A stretch of 64,000 bases of DNA from Camelus ferus (GCF_009834535.1 NC_045698.1:14882001-14946000), one strand, 5' to 3'; numbered from the stretch's first letter, positions 1 to 13,906 are shown. The notes: generated from the letters alone by a model not told the origin. Made by a program: numbers and translations.

Positions 1-423
1 TAGATTCTTGCCTCAAACAGGAAAGAATTCAAGAGCATGGTGTAGTAAAGTGAAAGCAAGTTTATTTAGAGACACACACTCCATAGACAAGAGTGTGGGC
101 TGTCTCAAAAGGCAAGAGAGTGACCATGAGGTATGGAGCTGTTAGGTTTTATGAGCTTTGTAATTTTATAAGCTAATGAGTAGGAGGATTATTCCAACTA
201 CTTTGGGGAAGGGTCAGGGATTTCCAGGAATTGGGCCCGTGCCCACTTTTTGGCCTTTTATGGTCAGCGTAGGAAATGTCATGGCGCCTGTGGGTGTGCC
301 ATGAGGCTCAAGATCTACTAGAAGTCAAGTTTTCTGCCATCTTGGTTGTAGTCAGTTTGTCCTGTCCTCAGTGCTGTGTCATTCCTTCAATGGTTGTGTC
401 CTGCCCTCTTCCCTCCTGTCTCA
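1..423 (-). mobile_element. ERV1-class LTR, truncated by the window edge
   Basis: Minus strand begins TGAGACAGGAGGGAAG (plus ...cctgtctca at 423). Minus-strand AATAAA (plus tttatt ~61). Overall wording resembles ERV1 LTRs; family not determined. Confidence 0.55.
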
Positions 424-743
424 TTTCCTGCCTAGAAATTCCCCCCGGGTCCCTGCCAAGAAAGTCCTCCCTAGGTCTCTGCCTAGGTAGTTCCCCCTAG
501 ATCTCTTTTACCCAAGAAAGGCAACAGTACCCCCTTAAGAGTCTTAAGTCTTAAGATAACAGCTCAAATAAAAGTCACAGGCCATCTACTTAAGATAATG
601 AGGTCCAGATATCAGAAAGAACTTACCAAAGCACCTGAAGTATGCTGTGAAGCTCAAGGAACTTATACAGGGTGCTGGTCCAAAGTAGATTCCAGATGAC
701 CTCACATGGGTTTCTTTGACATACTGATGACTACTCCAAGCAA

Positions 744-1248
744 TATTGATTGAAATAATCAATAAAAACTTTTTAGTAAAATAGAGCAGAGTTTTATTTA
801 AGCCAAACTGAGGACTACAGTCTGGGAGACAACCTCTCAGAAGGCTCTGAGAAATTACTCTGGAGAAGTATGGTTTTTAGCACATTTTTATGTCTTGTTA
901 GAACAAAGAGCATCAGAAAGACAATGGTACATTTCTTCAAGTTTTCAAAAAACAAAAAAACAAAAAAGACAAGTTGGCATATGGTCTTGACACCTGGGAA
1001 GGGAGCCTTATCATTGATGGAGTACTAACATTGGCATCCCATAAATGGAGGTGTTTATATCTATCTTCAAAGTATACATTCTTTACTTCTGAACAATGTA
1101 CACTTTTCTTTAGTAGTTAGGGCAAATGTACAATGTGTGTTTGATAGGCTGTGAGACAGGCTGTTCTAGTTAGAGTAAATTCATGCCAAATCATGTATAA
1201 GCCAAAATGGCTTCTCTGTATCTCAATATGTGGAAATTTCTTCCATCA
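744..1248 (-). mobile_element. Solo ERV LTR (ERV1-like)
   Basis: Contains gttttatttaagccaaactgaggact...cctctcagaaggctctgagaa, typical of antisense ungulate ERV1 LTRs. Ends in TCA at 1248. About 500 bp. Confidence 0.5.
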
Positions 1249-1714
1249 CCACTAACCCCTTACTCTGATTAGTCTAGTCTATGTCAAACTTTGGCATCTA
1301 TGGACCAACTTACAACTAGCTTGTAGAGCACTTAAAGGCAGCACTGTGAATAAGGAACAGACTACTTAAGAAATGCCAACACAGTAGGCTTATTTGGTCA
1401 AGAATTGACATTTTTTAAAGTTGAAATTTATGGCTACTAGTCCTCTGTTCCTGTGATCTTTTCACTCAAATTGTTGTGAACTCATTGTTGGTTTTCATCA
1501 CAAAAGTTCCTTTAAATAGAGATGTTATCTGTGTTCTCAATCTTCTTGAATACATATATTTAATTAAGCTTCTACTTTAGCTTTGAGACATTAATTTTCT
1601 TTCATTTCCATGCTTATCCATAGCTGTCTTAAATGCCAAGAGATTATTTGACTTCTGCAACTCCCAAAACAAATGAAAATGTACAAGTTCTATTCATGTT
1701 TGTCCCTACTTCAG

Positions 1715-1990
1715 TTTGCTCATTCATTCAATAAATGTTGATTGAGTGCTTTATACCTACCATTCATTATTATAGGTGCTGAAGATAGAACAATAAATAA
1801 ATCTAACTTTCTAATGTCTTTGAATACTCATTGGAAGAGTGAGATAATCAATGAACAAATAAATTAAAAAAAGATAATATGTTTTTCAGATAATGAAAAG
1901 TGCAGTGAAGAAAAATAAGATTAATAAAAAAACTAGATAAGATGGACCATCTGGGGATCTCTGGAGATTTGACATATGAGTGAAAACCAC
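1715..1990 (-). mobile_element. L2 3' end remnant
   Basis: tcattcattcaataaatgttgattgagtgc is the characteristic antisense L2 terminus. Confidence 0.55.
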
Positions 1991-4900
1991 CCACAACACA
2001 TACATACATTTATTTAATATGTCAACCTGACTCTTTTTCTCTATCCCTTCCCACTTAAATCTTTCCATACAACTCTTACATACAACTTATATGTGACTAT
2101 AATACTTTCCATTTTCCTTATAAGACCTTTGATTAATAATTCTGAAAAAAGTAACATAATGAAATTTCTCCTAGATTAAGAATTTGCTATTCACTACCCA
2201 TTTCTGAAGAACTGTCCTAAATGCCTTTTAATTCATTAAGCTCTGCCATGAGGGAACTCTTACAAAAAAATTCTAAATAGCCTTTACTTCATGTCAGTCA
2301 AGGATGATTCTTGGAAATGGATTATTATTTACATTTATCACTGAACATTATGATAAACTATTGCACTTTCTCTGCAAATATCTGTCCATCAGCATAATTC
2401 TTTATATCTTTTCTTTACCTAACTCCTATATACATGTATACATATATATAAGTTTTAGACAAAAAAGAAGAAGAACATACTATAATATCTCTAACATCAT
2501 AAGTTACAATAATATTTTTAAAAAGTCAAATAAAGTCGGAGTTAGAAAAAAATATAGCTAGTGGAAATCACAAATGCAGGCAGAAAATTAACATTTATAT
2601 TACTCTCTGTGTTCCAAAAAGCATTCATAAGACTTGTCCTATTTTAATTATTTTTCGTGGTGGTTTGCTTCTCTCCACATGGGTACAAAGTCATTCTATT
2701 CAGTTTATCTTTCACAAAACACAAAGGGATTCTAGGTGTTAAATAATTCACAGTGAAGCCTGGAGCTCATAGCTGTATTGCCAGAAGCCTTGCCAAAAAC
2801 AGATATGGCCATGTCTGAAATCAGAAATCGCTCTTTTTGGGCTTTCTCCAGCAGACAGAACTTACAGCATTTAGAGAAGTTCCTGTGACGCAGATTAGGA
2901 TGTTAAAATGTATGTTTTACTACTGGACGACCCCGTTCTATTGCAGCAGAATTGGTGGTAAGCAAAGTTGAAAAATAGGAGAGGCTGCACCTCCTAATTA
3001 CACCTAATATTTTTTGAGGGGTCCTCTCCTTTTGAAAACCACACTCTTTTGGAAGGAGACTGTCTCAACATCTTTGTTGGTAGATTGCTGCCTCCTTAGC
3101 AAACGGTGTACAATATTTCATGAAGACCAAGACAGATAAGAACCAAATGTGGCCATTGAATTTGAAAATGTGAGTATCACTGATGATATTTTCCAAATTA
3201 CATTTAATGAAATGAGGGGAGAAGAGTTAACTTCAGGAAAATTAAGATGAAAAAATCCACCAAGAAGTATTACATAGAAGCACGAATATGATTATACTTA
3301 AGTTTTGTAAACCGAGAACAGATCTTAGTGGTTAGATTTAGTGGTAAGCAAACTAGGCGGTTGCTATGAATATATGATAAATGAGATATGTTTGGAAGTT
3401 GGGACACTAAAACACTTCAGAAACTAGGTTGTAGATGTAACTAACCACAGTAGCGATTTCCACAATAACCTGAGTGAAAATAAGTATTTCCATAATGTAA
3501 AAATGTAAAAAAAAATTACATACAGTTAGTTTTAAATTGTATTTTCCGAAGAAATTAATATTGGTGTAACAGTGTATTCAAATAATATTTACATATAACC
3601 CAGAGATTATCTTAAAAATGCCAATATAGCAGAAAGAACTTACAAATAAAAATTCCTAAAACTTCAATATATGTTATACACTATTTTTTTTCTCAAATAT
3701 AATTTAACCAACAGATTGGTGACTAAACATATTATTTTCATTTATGTCCAAGGCTCAGTGAAAAACAACAAAAACAAAGTCTAGTTCTGAGAAAATCAAG
3801 AGGAAAAGTATTACCATGAAAATAAGTGGGACTCAGTATTTTTATTAGAGTTTTACTACCACATCCCTGAGGAAACACTCTTGAAACAGTAGTAAACTGA
3901 TAAAACTAATATGTTACTTGCTGGATTCCTGTTTTCAGACCTGAAATAGGTAAACTTTACTGTAGGCCCCAGTAGTCACTATAATAGAATAAAAAATTCA
4001 ATTTTACAAAAATACAGAATTCCAGATCAGTGAGAACTAACACAGTTCACAAATTTTGTAAGATTGGTTGAGTTATAAGATTTCATAGGCTGGAGATTTT
4101 GAGAATCATAGGATATGAGAGAAAATGATTAGTGAGCATAGTATAGAGATTAACTTTCAGCTGAACAAGGGTTAAATCTATTGGAAGATACTTGTACAAG
4201 CTGTTAAATATAAATAGATACATATATAAATATATCAAAGTATTTAGTTAGAGAAGCAGATGAATATATTAATACGCTTAAAATTTGAGCAGCATGCATT
4301 TTCCCCATTTCTCATATAATACCATAAATATAGTATTTAATTTCTCTCTACCACAATGAAACTGTTTGGGGAAATACTCTAATTACATCAAATATCCTTC
4401 TCAAAGAGTTATGTTAAACTTGTTTCTAAATTAAAAAAAATTATTTTAAGAAGACTATCTAAAATACAGATGCAAATACAGTGATTTAAAATCAAAGCAA
4501 ATTTCGAGTAGTGATTATGATTCATGGCAAAATCCATTCTTCAAGGGACTATAAGTAATTTGTTTTTGTCCACAAGGAGCTCAATAGCTACTAGTCTTAG
4601 ATTATTAGTCTATTGATCATCTATGCGCCTCATCCTTTTTATGCATCTTGTATTCCTGATGTTTGAAACTGAATAAACTATTGTTTTGAAAGCAGAAAGC
4701 TCTAAGTCAGGAAGATGGATTGACATTAAATATTGAGTGATGATCTTCCCATAGTGTAAATTTAATCTACATAGACAACAAATAATTCCCAAATCTAATC
4801 CTATGCAAGTATTTGTCAGTTGAACTTGTGTTACTCATTTATATTAAACACGTTATAAATGTGAATGAATAAAAAAATGCTGTACTCCTAAAACATTATG

Positions 4901-5559
4901 CAATTAAAATAATGTTATAGATTAAAGTTAACTTTCACCTTAAAGAAAATGGAAGGTCCTAAATCAGTTTATATAGTAGAATCTAAGTTTACTATCAGAT
5001 GCATCAAATAAAGATTAAGTGATTATTTAGTAATGGGAGGTAAAACACATTTATAAAAATCTCATTAAAATAACATTTAAAAAAATCTAAATCCATTAGT
5101 TCATTTTTTGAAAGAAGACAGAAATAGTTCTTAGAATTTGATGAGTTTATAAATAATAAGGAGAAAAATGTTATAAGTCCAGGAAGAAGGGAAAACAAAA
5201 CAATGACAAAACAAACAAAGGAAATCACGTCCCAACTAAGAAGGTGAAGACTGTTGCAGAAGTTAGTCATTCAGAATAGCTGTGAGCTGATGACAGTAGT
5301 CCTACAAAGCAGGTGTACAGCTCGGGGTGATTAACCATGGACCTGTATTAGGTCAGAGTGTCAGTCAGCCCTGCTCTCTCCTGCTTGTAAAACTCAAGGT
5401 GCTTGCAGACTAAGGCAGGGAAGGCCACTACTGGGCTGTGTGGGAGCTGCAGCTCTTTCAAAAGTGTCAACACCACAGGGATAGGAAAGTCTCACATCTT
5501 GGAGATAACACTACCAGCACAATCCACACAGAAGCAACATCTGCCCCTCCCTACAAATT

Positions 5560-6010
5560 TCAAAGGACCACATCTTCCCAAATTTAATAAATAGATACAT
5601 AAATAATCAGAAAATACACCACCATTAAACAGAAGAAATAAATCCCAATAACCAGAAAAATAAAAATGGGTAAACAGAATTAATATAGTAAATGAATAAG
5701 TTAATTACAATTAAAGAAGGAACACTGGCTTTATAAAAATATCTCCTAGAGATCTTGAAATTTTAAAATTTCATAATTTCAATTAAAAAATCAGTAGATA
5801 CGCTGAACAGCAAAGTTGATACAGCTTAAGAGGAAAACGGAGCAAAAAGATTGAATATAGGGATTTTTCTTAAACGCTTAATAAAGTATAAAGATAATTT
5901 TAAAAATGAGAAAATAGACAAGAAAGCTCTCAAAATCCTTCCTCCTGACCAAGAAAAGTTTCAGAATGAAATAACAGATAAAATGAAGGGAGCAGTATTT
6001 TAAAAATCAG
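5560..6010 (+). mobile_element. Ancient L1 ORF1 remnant
   Basis: A-rich sense sequence with aaatcagtagatacgctgaacagcaaagttgatacagct, resembling the ORF1 coiled-coil region. Heavily decayed. Confidence 0.35.
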
Positions 6011-6719
6011 TTAATTTAATTTTTATAACCTGTTCACAATTTTCATGATGTGTTTGGCAGTTTCTATGTCCTTTAATTGTATTTCCTGGTGTTGCCAACA
6101 GTTTTTGCAACTGCAGTGTTTTTTGCTTTGTTTTGTTTTTTTCACTTCAGTGTTGCGTCATGAAACCATTTTAAGTGATGAACAACTAATTTTGGTTAAC
6201 ATTTATTTGTAGTGCTATCATGCAGGAAAATAAACAGAGTTAGTTATATGTATGATTAATATCTCTGTTCTGTATGTAGATAAATATACACATGTGCTAC
6301 TGCATCATAACTCGCTTCTTTGTCTGGCATTATGCCTGTTTTACAATGAATTTAAGGTACAATTTTCACAAAAACTAAAAGGTTAGATGGTATTATTTAG
6401 AATAGCAAAATGGTGATGGCCAATATAATAAGTATTATTAATCAGCACAATTTATAACTATGATGTCATCTCTGAAAAATAATAGATGCTAGTGTTTATT
6501 GAGAATCAACGATGGCCTGACCCTGGGCTAAGTCTTAGCTACGCTCATCGTATAATTCATTTAACTAGGTACAGGGGGAAAAAAGACTTTAGATCTATAC
6601 CAGAGGAGTAGATCTGATTGTATGATATTTGATCATCTAGATTGCCAAATGTTTCCTATCTGTTAAAGTTTGAAATTTTCATATTCAGTTGAGATTCAGA
6701 AAATTTTTATTCGAAGCCA

Positions 6720-6955
6720 TACCACTCACCAGCCTCAACTCTGTGTATAGAATATCTCGGTTTCTGAGCTCCCCACAGGACCGACAGAGCCTCCCCAAGA
6801 CAAGATCTTGCCCCAACTTCTCCCTCTGCCTCTCCTGCTTTCTTCCCTCCCAGACAAGTGTCAATCCTAAGAGCACTTGAACATTGATCTAGTAAATATC
6901 TTGGATCTCAATCTCTGTCTCAGAATGTGCTCTCTAAGAAAGCAAACCTGCAAAA
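6720..6955 (+). mobile_element. LTR16-like ERVL LTR fragment
   Basis: cccaacttctccctctgcctctcctgc...gtcaatcctaagagcact...aatctctgtctcagaatgtgctc...aacctgca resembles the LTR16 3' half. Confidence 0.55.
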
Positions 6956-8747
6956 GTGTTTCAGAGTGAAAAAACATATACAAAGCAATAGACACATTTA
7001 AAAAAGTCCTAGGACATTTGATTTAGATGTAACTCTGAGGTAATTTTGCTTATATAAATAATGCCCTGATGGGCTACATTTAGTATATCAACAAAAAAGT
7101 AAAAACCCAGTTCTAGAAAAAAATGTGATTTTCCTATAGAGGAAGACACATTTTAAAAAGTAATCTTTAATGTCAAATGTGAGAAAAGTGAATTACAAAA
7201 ATGACATTTGTATAAAAAAATCCTAAACTATTTTAATTCTCACATTGGTTGTTTATGGAATGGTATGTTTAAGTCACATTTTATTATATATGTTTACCCA
7301 CATAATTTTACCTATAAATATAAATTATTCATAAAATTTAAAGAGAAAATACCTGTTATGAGGTTGAAGTTAATGATATAACAAAGCATTGTAGGGTATT
7401 TAAAATATTGCAGTTACAAATTTGGGGAGAATTTGATAAATAACATAGATTTATTTATGTCTGCATTAATGTAACCAAATTAATTAATATAGATAAAAGA
7501 GGTAAGGTAAGCTTGTGGAAGTTAGAGCCGAGAACGTGAATACATTTCTTACTTATGTAAGAGTTGCTCAGGAACTAAGACAGAATTGCTTCTGCAGGCT
7601 TGATACCCGAGGTGAGGACCTGGGAAGAGAAAAGCATGGGATATGAAGAAGGCCCACTCTATGTGCTATGCAGTTATTTTAATGAAACAAATCTAGAGAA
7701 TTATTAAAGCAATTATTTCTTGATAAGCACCATATTTAACACAAACTATTTAGCTTTAAAACTTCAACAATTATCATCTTACTGAAGATCATTTGCTTAA
7801 CCTTTTAGGAGTTAATTATTCATAAAGCTTTGCTTTCTCTGAGATAATGCAAAAGACTGAGAGTAAAATACTCTACTAATGCATACAGACAATTTAATTG
7901 GCTTCCTATTATCAGAATCTAGAGATCTGATTATTTTTAAGTAATAAAAGGTAAGAGAATTCTTACTGAAAAGCTTAGCCCTTGCTTCGCCATGGTTCCC
8001 AAAAGTCTTCTTACATAATTGAATTGGCACATTTTTCTTAAAAATAAAAAACTAGTTCTGCCTTGTTGGGAGGATATACAATATTGGATAAAATGACTTT
8101 TCTTTTGTCACTGTTAAATATTACGTTCTGCTTTAGCTTAATAAACAATTCTTTGTACATGTAACTATTTTTAATTTGTGAATTCATTATCTCAGTAGAT
8201 GATCTATTTTCTGGAATGATGTAGTTTTACTTCATGACCCACAGCAAGATCATGGCTTAGAGATGCAGTATGCAGTTTTAGAATATTAGCTCATACTTCC
8301 ACACATAGGATAGGATTGCACTTAAATAAGCCTTTGAAGACAGGTATAGTGAAATGACTAAATTTTACCAGGAAAGTACTAGGCAGAAGCTTTAAGGGCT
8401 GATGTATAATTCGGTATCTCATCTGTCTTCTGCCTTTGTAGCCAGTAACGTGGAAGAGACGCTTAGCTACTTCATGACAGCCTGGGCATAATTAGTTTTA
8501 AAAGATATATTTTATTGCCTAGAAATAACATCATGAAATCTTAGAGAATTTATTAGCTACAGGGGTATTAAAGGCTTTATGGTTATTTTTTTCTTGTTTT
8601 ACAAATGCACAAACTAAAGCATAGCTGATTCTTTGACTTATCCAAGATCACAAAAAAATCAACTGTTTTGTGTTAAATGTAATCATTTGTATTTCTTTGT
8701 TTCTCCCACTCAAGAAACTAGGTTACATTCCTTAACTGCATAGGTAA

Positions 8748-9173
8748 TGTTGGGGATGAAATTTTTCTCTACCCTTCTAGATTCTTCTGGCTGGTCTAAA
8801 AATTAAACTGAAATGACACTGGTTAAGAGGAGAAAATAAAATAAAAGCTTAATAACATGTATACAGGGGAGAGGTCCAGGAAAACCGAGTAACTCGGTAA
8901 AGTGGCTGAAACCTTCACCTTTAAATATCATCATCAGCTGAGGACAAAATACAATACTGGGGGCCCTGCCTAGAGCTTCCTCACCCCACGCGTAGCCTGT
9001 GTTCTTTGCAGATGTCTCTGGGGATAGCTCTGTTGCAAGAACACACCCTCTGTCTAAATTCCTTTTTAGACAGGTGAAAGATCAGAGTTTCTTCCTGAGA
9101 CTTCTTCTAGGCCTTCCTTGTTTCCAGCTGGAAATAACCAACATGCCAAAGAGGCAAATTTTGTTTCCCTACG
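8748..9173 (-). mobile_element. Solo ERV1-class LTR (MER34/MER39-like group)
   Basis: Starts TGTTGGGGATGAAATTTTTC and ends ...cagctggaaataaccaacatgccaaagaggcaaattttgtttccctac. About 425 bp. Confidence 0.55.
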
Positions 9174-9386
9174 ATACACATCTTACTGGCTTATAACAAA
9201 AAAGGCTTATTTTTTTGTATATGCTGTATCCTGTTTTGTCACTAAAGTTTGGATTGTGGTGTTGTTATTATTGCAATGTAATCTAACCCATCCTCTGCTG
9301 GGCCAGAAACAATGGAAAGTCTGAAGTTTTACCCTACTTATAGGCCAACAAATCAGTGGGCTACAGTATAGATATATTGTATGTCA

Positions 9387-9388
<2 letters not shown>

Positions 9389-9437
<49 letters not shown>
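9389..9437. repeat. (GT)n(AT)n compound microsatellite
   Basis: Directly visible. Confidence 0.95.
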
Positions 9438-9604
9438 CACATACACACTGTGATAAAATAATATTCGTATTTTTGGCAAGATAAGAACAATTTAAGGATA
9501 AATTTTTTTTCTCTGCCAGTTTAGACCTCCTCTCCCCCCTTTAGTTTTTATTGTGCATCTGCATTTACCAGACCTCCTTAGGAGATAACATTCATTCTTA
9601 ATCT

Positions 9605-10170
9605 TGTAAGAGGTCGTATGACTCACTACTTGTGTTGTCAGATTGTGTAACTGTCATTCATATATATACATACACACCCATTGACCAACACGTGAGATCT
9701 CTGGGTCACAGACAAAGGCATTTTATCACTCAGAAAAGCAGAAGCCAGAAAGCCAGAACAGCATCTTGATTCACTTCCCCGAGCACCAGTCTCCATAGGG
9801 TGATGCAGAGTCTCAGATGGTACCGGACATGGAATGGGGTGTAATGCCAGAGATCAACCCCCAAGTAAGAAACTTTGCTCTTATATAGGGCTGCTTTAGA
9901 CCTGACCACACTCTTCTCCCTACAGAGAGACAAAGATGTTTTTCCTTTATTGTGGAATGTAAGCAAATTTTCTCCAGCAGGAGCATAGAGAAGTGTTTAT
10001 CTTTATTATTATCCTAAAACAGCTTTGCACAGTTAGATATTTCTGTATTCACTTTCATGGAACACCTATCAGTATACAAGCCATCCTAAGTTGTCTGTGC
10101 ACACTTACCTTGCTCAGAGAACTGGACTCTTTAGGAAATAAGGGATCCAGGAAGAATTGTCCCAGCATCC
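9605..10170 (-). mobile_element. ERVL LTR, MER54/MER73/MER74-like
   Basis: ggtcacagacaaaggcattttatcactca, cttatatagggctgct and atctttattattatcct resemble the antisense consensus of this group. Confidence 0.45.
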
Positions 10171-10559
10171 CCACTGAAATAGCCACTTTCACAAATATGT
10201 ATCTGAATGCAGGCAGAAGACACTCTTGTCAAACGCTAATTGTCACCATTGGTGCACTTACTGCTAATGCTTAGAATGTAAAAGAAAGTCGGTTATTGCA
10301 TTAATTTGCTAATAACCTGAGTAAATTAGATAACAGCAACTCTGGAAAACAATCTTAAACTGACGATAGGATCAGAAAGATGAAAATAATAAAAATAATT
10401 ATTAGGTAAAAATAAATAGAAAAAATAATAGATGGAAATAGTATGTGTCAATAGGGTAATGGCTAAATAATTATGGCAATATACCCCCTAAAAAATTATC
10501 CAGATGTTAAAAAATAGTGAGGCTGATTTATAACTGTTACAGCATCAGAAAGCTCATTT

Positions 10560-10763
10560 TGTGTGTGTGTCTTTTTTTTTAAATTGAAGTATAGTCAGTT
10601 TACAATGCTGTGTCAGTTTCTGGTGTATAGCATAATGTTTCAGTCATACATACACATATATTCCATTTCATATTTTCTTTCTTTGTAGGTTACTACAGGA
10701 TACTGAATATACTTCCCTGTGCTATACAGTAGAAACTTGTTTATTTTGTATGTAGTAGTTAGT
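10560..10763 (-). mobile_element. 5'-truncated L1 (3' end only)
   Basis: T-tail followed by aattgaagtatagtcagtttacaatg...ccctgtgctatacagtag. Flanked by AAAGCTC at 10549-10555 and 10764-10770 (TSD). Confidence 0.85.
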
Positions 10764-11569
10764 AAAGCTCTTTAAGATGTAGTAAGCAAAAAGTTTGTCA
10801 CAGACTCCATCCGTGTTGTAATTGTGTGTGCACATATACAAAACACACACATATACATACATACGTATGTGTGTAAATAAAATAATGCACTACCCCCTTA
10901 CAAAATGTTTTGGAAACTGAAAAGATTAATTTGTCCTAAAGAATAGGAATTACCAAGTGCATTTTTAGCAGAAGTTATTTGATGCCCAGTAGTTACTGAG
11001 CAGTCGAGCACGTATAATCTGAGCACTGTAATTAGCACAATATCCTTCTCAACATTCATGTAGGTGAAAAACCTGTTAGTGGCTAATCTTGAAATTTGAT
11101 TCTTTAAGAAATAAGAGCACAACTTTTTCATGTAAACATGTGGTTTTCACATACTGACTCTTTTTCAGAAATGCAACTACCTGAAAAATAAAGGTATGAT
11201 TGTGCTTTGTTTATTCAAACTTTACTCAGATTTGTTATCCATTTAAGTTGCTGGGTGCATGATCATTCTATATGTAGTATATGTTTACTTCATTATGGCA
11301 CATGAAGTAAACATGTGACAAAGTTTTCTGTATTAAAAGAGGTATTATTATATAGCATGTTTTCATGTCTCTTTATCTTTCAAAGGTAGTATTGAATTGC
11401 TTTTATTGGTAGATTATAAAGTCAGATTATTCTCTTTGAATTTTGGCATGTTAAAGAGAACATTCAAAATATGCATTATTAAATGGTACATTGAATCTGG
11501 TAAGTTTAAGCATGTCCGTTCTATATAATTCTCTATTTGTTGAATGTCATTTTTAAATCTGCACTAAAT

Positions 11570-11725
11570 ATGAGTTCTGAAGCCATAGAGGCCTGAATTT
11601 GAACCTTGACATTGTCACTTAGTAGATGTTCTTAGAACATTTGCTTTTTAAATTTTTTTCCATATTGTTTTGCTTATTTTAGAAATATGAAAGAATCACA
11701 CACTTGTAGGATTGCTGTATTAAAT
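11570..11725 (+). mobile_element. MIR remnant
   Basis: cctgaatttgaacctt...cacttagtagatg...cacttgtaggattgctgtattaaatta resembles the MIR core and tail. Confidence 0.4.
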
Positions 11726-12628
11726 TACATTCACACACAGTAAAAAGCACAAAGTTTTACACACAGTAAATATGGAATGCATATGTATGTTCACTTATAC
11801 ATGCATAAGTAAATATATTCATGCTATATTAATATCCAGGACCAGTTGTCTGGAATGTCCACTGTGTCATGGGGAAATATCTCATTGTACATTGAAGCTC
11901 CAAATAGCGTTTGGTATACAACTGCATTTACATTAACTTTCAGCAGAAAGAAGAGCCTTACTGACCCTCGCTCATTTCTCTTCCGTGTATTTCGTATGCT
12001 GATTATTCATAGACTTGGGGAATGTGATGGCTTCTAGGAATGGTCCTGAAATACGCAATATTTGAACAAAAGTCTATTGATCAAAATGTTTCCAAACTTT
12101 AAAGCCTGGGCTAATGCTTCCCCTATTGATTTGATAGTCAGAGATGATATTGTCTTTTGATAAGCGCTGTTCTCATTAAGCAGCAGTCTAGATACAGCCC
12201 AGCCGTGCTCATCAAGACTCACTGAAAGCACAGCCTGCAGATCGAAAAGCAATTAGCATGCTGGATTGTGATAATTACCCACAGTATGGGAGGCTTCTCC
12301 AAGATGGAGCTTCCACCATGTCTAATAATGGGATTCCTTAAACGGTGATATATTTTCATAGACACACCACCAGCCTCATTTCAACTTTGTCACTTATATT
12401 GGATAGGGAAATAAATGTCCTTCACACATTTTTTTTTCCCCTTCCTGAAGTATGGTTCACTGCTGCTCTGACAACTTATAATGTTACCTGAATGTTACCT
12501 TGAATCATGATTTAATTGGCTGGGGCAAAGCAAAATCTCATTTATTTCTGCTGCTTCTTTGCCTTGCAATGCAATAATTGCCAAGACACAAAAATTTAAA
12601 TGGAGCTCTAATTAAAAATGAATGTGGA

Positions 12629-12966
12629 TGTGGAATCTTAAAAAAAAAGATGAACTTATTTACAAAACAGAAACAGACTCACAGACATAGAAAACAAACT
12701 TATGGATATGGAGAGGGAGAAGGGTGTGGGAAGGGAAAATAAATTGGGAGTTTGAGATTCGCATATACTAATGACTATACATAAAATAGATAAATAACAA
12801 GTTTATGCTTTATAGCACAGAGAACTATACTCAATATCTTGTAGTAACCTACAGTTAAAAAGAATATGAAAATGAATATATATATGTATATGTATGACTG
12901 AACTATTATGGTGTGCACCAGAAACTGACACAATATTGTAAACTGACTATACTTCAATTAAAAATA
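12629..12966 (+). mobile_element. 5'-truncated L1 (3'UTR)
   Basis: gaacttatttacaaaacagaaacagactcacagacatagaaaacaaac is L1 3'UTR sequence. 16-bp TSD TAAAAATGAAT(G/A)TGGA at 12613-12628 and 12967-12982. Confidence 0.9.
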
Positions 12967-13906
12967 TAAAAATGAATATGGAAACAGATGGAACAGTTAT
13001 GTGTCTGGCATAATTTTCCCCTTATTACAAAAGGTTAAGGTGACTCAAATTTTTATTTGCTTAGAGAAAAGCAATTCTGGGACATAGCATAAGCTACCTG
13101 ACAAGTTTTTTCACTCAACAAAAATCCATTCTTTCTGAATCATCAATCCTTAACATGTTGGTCTACATATGCTTTTATCATTAATCAGAAATCATATAAA
13201 ATAAAAAGTATGTTCTGATAGCTTGTTTTAATAATTAGGTGTACTTCATGAATAATACTGAAAGTATTTTATAATTCCTTTGCTTCATCAAAGATAGCAT
13301 CTTGAGAGCTAGATTCAAAACTTATTATTGTAAGAAAAAAACAATGAAGACTAGTAGGACTATTCTCCTCTAAGAAAATTTTGGGCTTATAAAAGTGCCT
13401 TACAGTTCAGTTGTCCTCTGTGTTTATTATTGTGTTTTCTTCTACTTTAGTTCAGACCTCTATGAGCATTTACAAATGACATTTGCTAGTTGAGTTTTTA
13501 AACTGCTTGATGGCCCACATTGGGGCAATTACCTACATGTTTTATTGTTTGTCAATTCAAATACCATGTGTAGACAACATGCAAGAGCAAAAAAGTCATC
13601 AAAATAATAAAATGGAAGTACTACTTTTTAAATATGTAATGTTTTCTTCTTCTGCACTTTTATGTATCTGATTTTATCCCTGGTGATTAGAGGATAGTAG
13701 CTGAAGATATTTTATTAGGAATAAAAAAGAAAAAGAAGATACAATTTCTTGTTTTTTTCAGGATTTAGATCCAAGATTTTTCTGGAAAGGAAATAATTTA
13801 TTTTAGACTCCTTTAGCTCCCATTTGGTATATCGAGAGCCAGTTGTGGTGGCCTAGATCGTAGTGCTTCTATTATTTTAGTTGTTTTTATTATTTTATGT
13901 TCTAAA

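Noticed and set aside
6020..6410. Possible Tigger transposase remnant
   Set aside because: Too decayed; I could not confirm TIRs or a reading frame by eye.
8884..9073. Small palindromes ACCGAGT-A-ACTCGGT and CTGTCTAAA-n6-TTTAGACAG
   Set aside because: Short and internal to a solo LTR, with no evidence of separate function.
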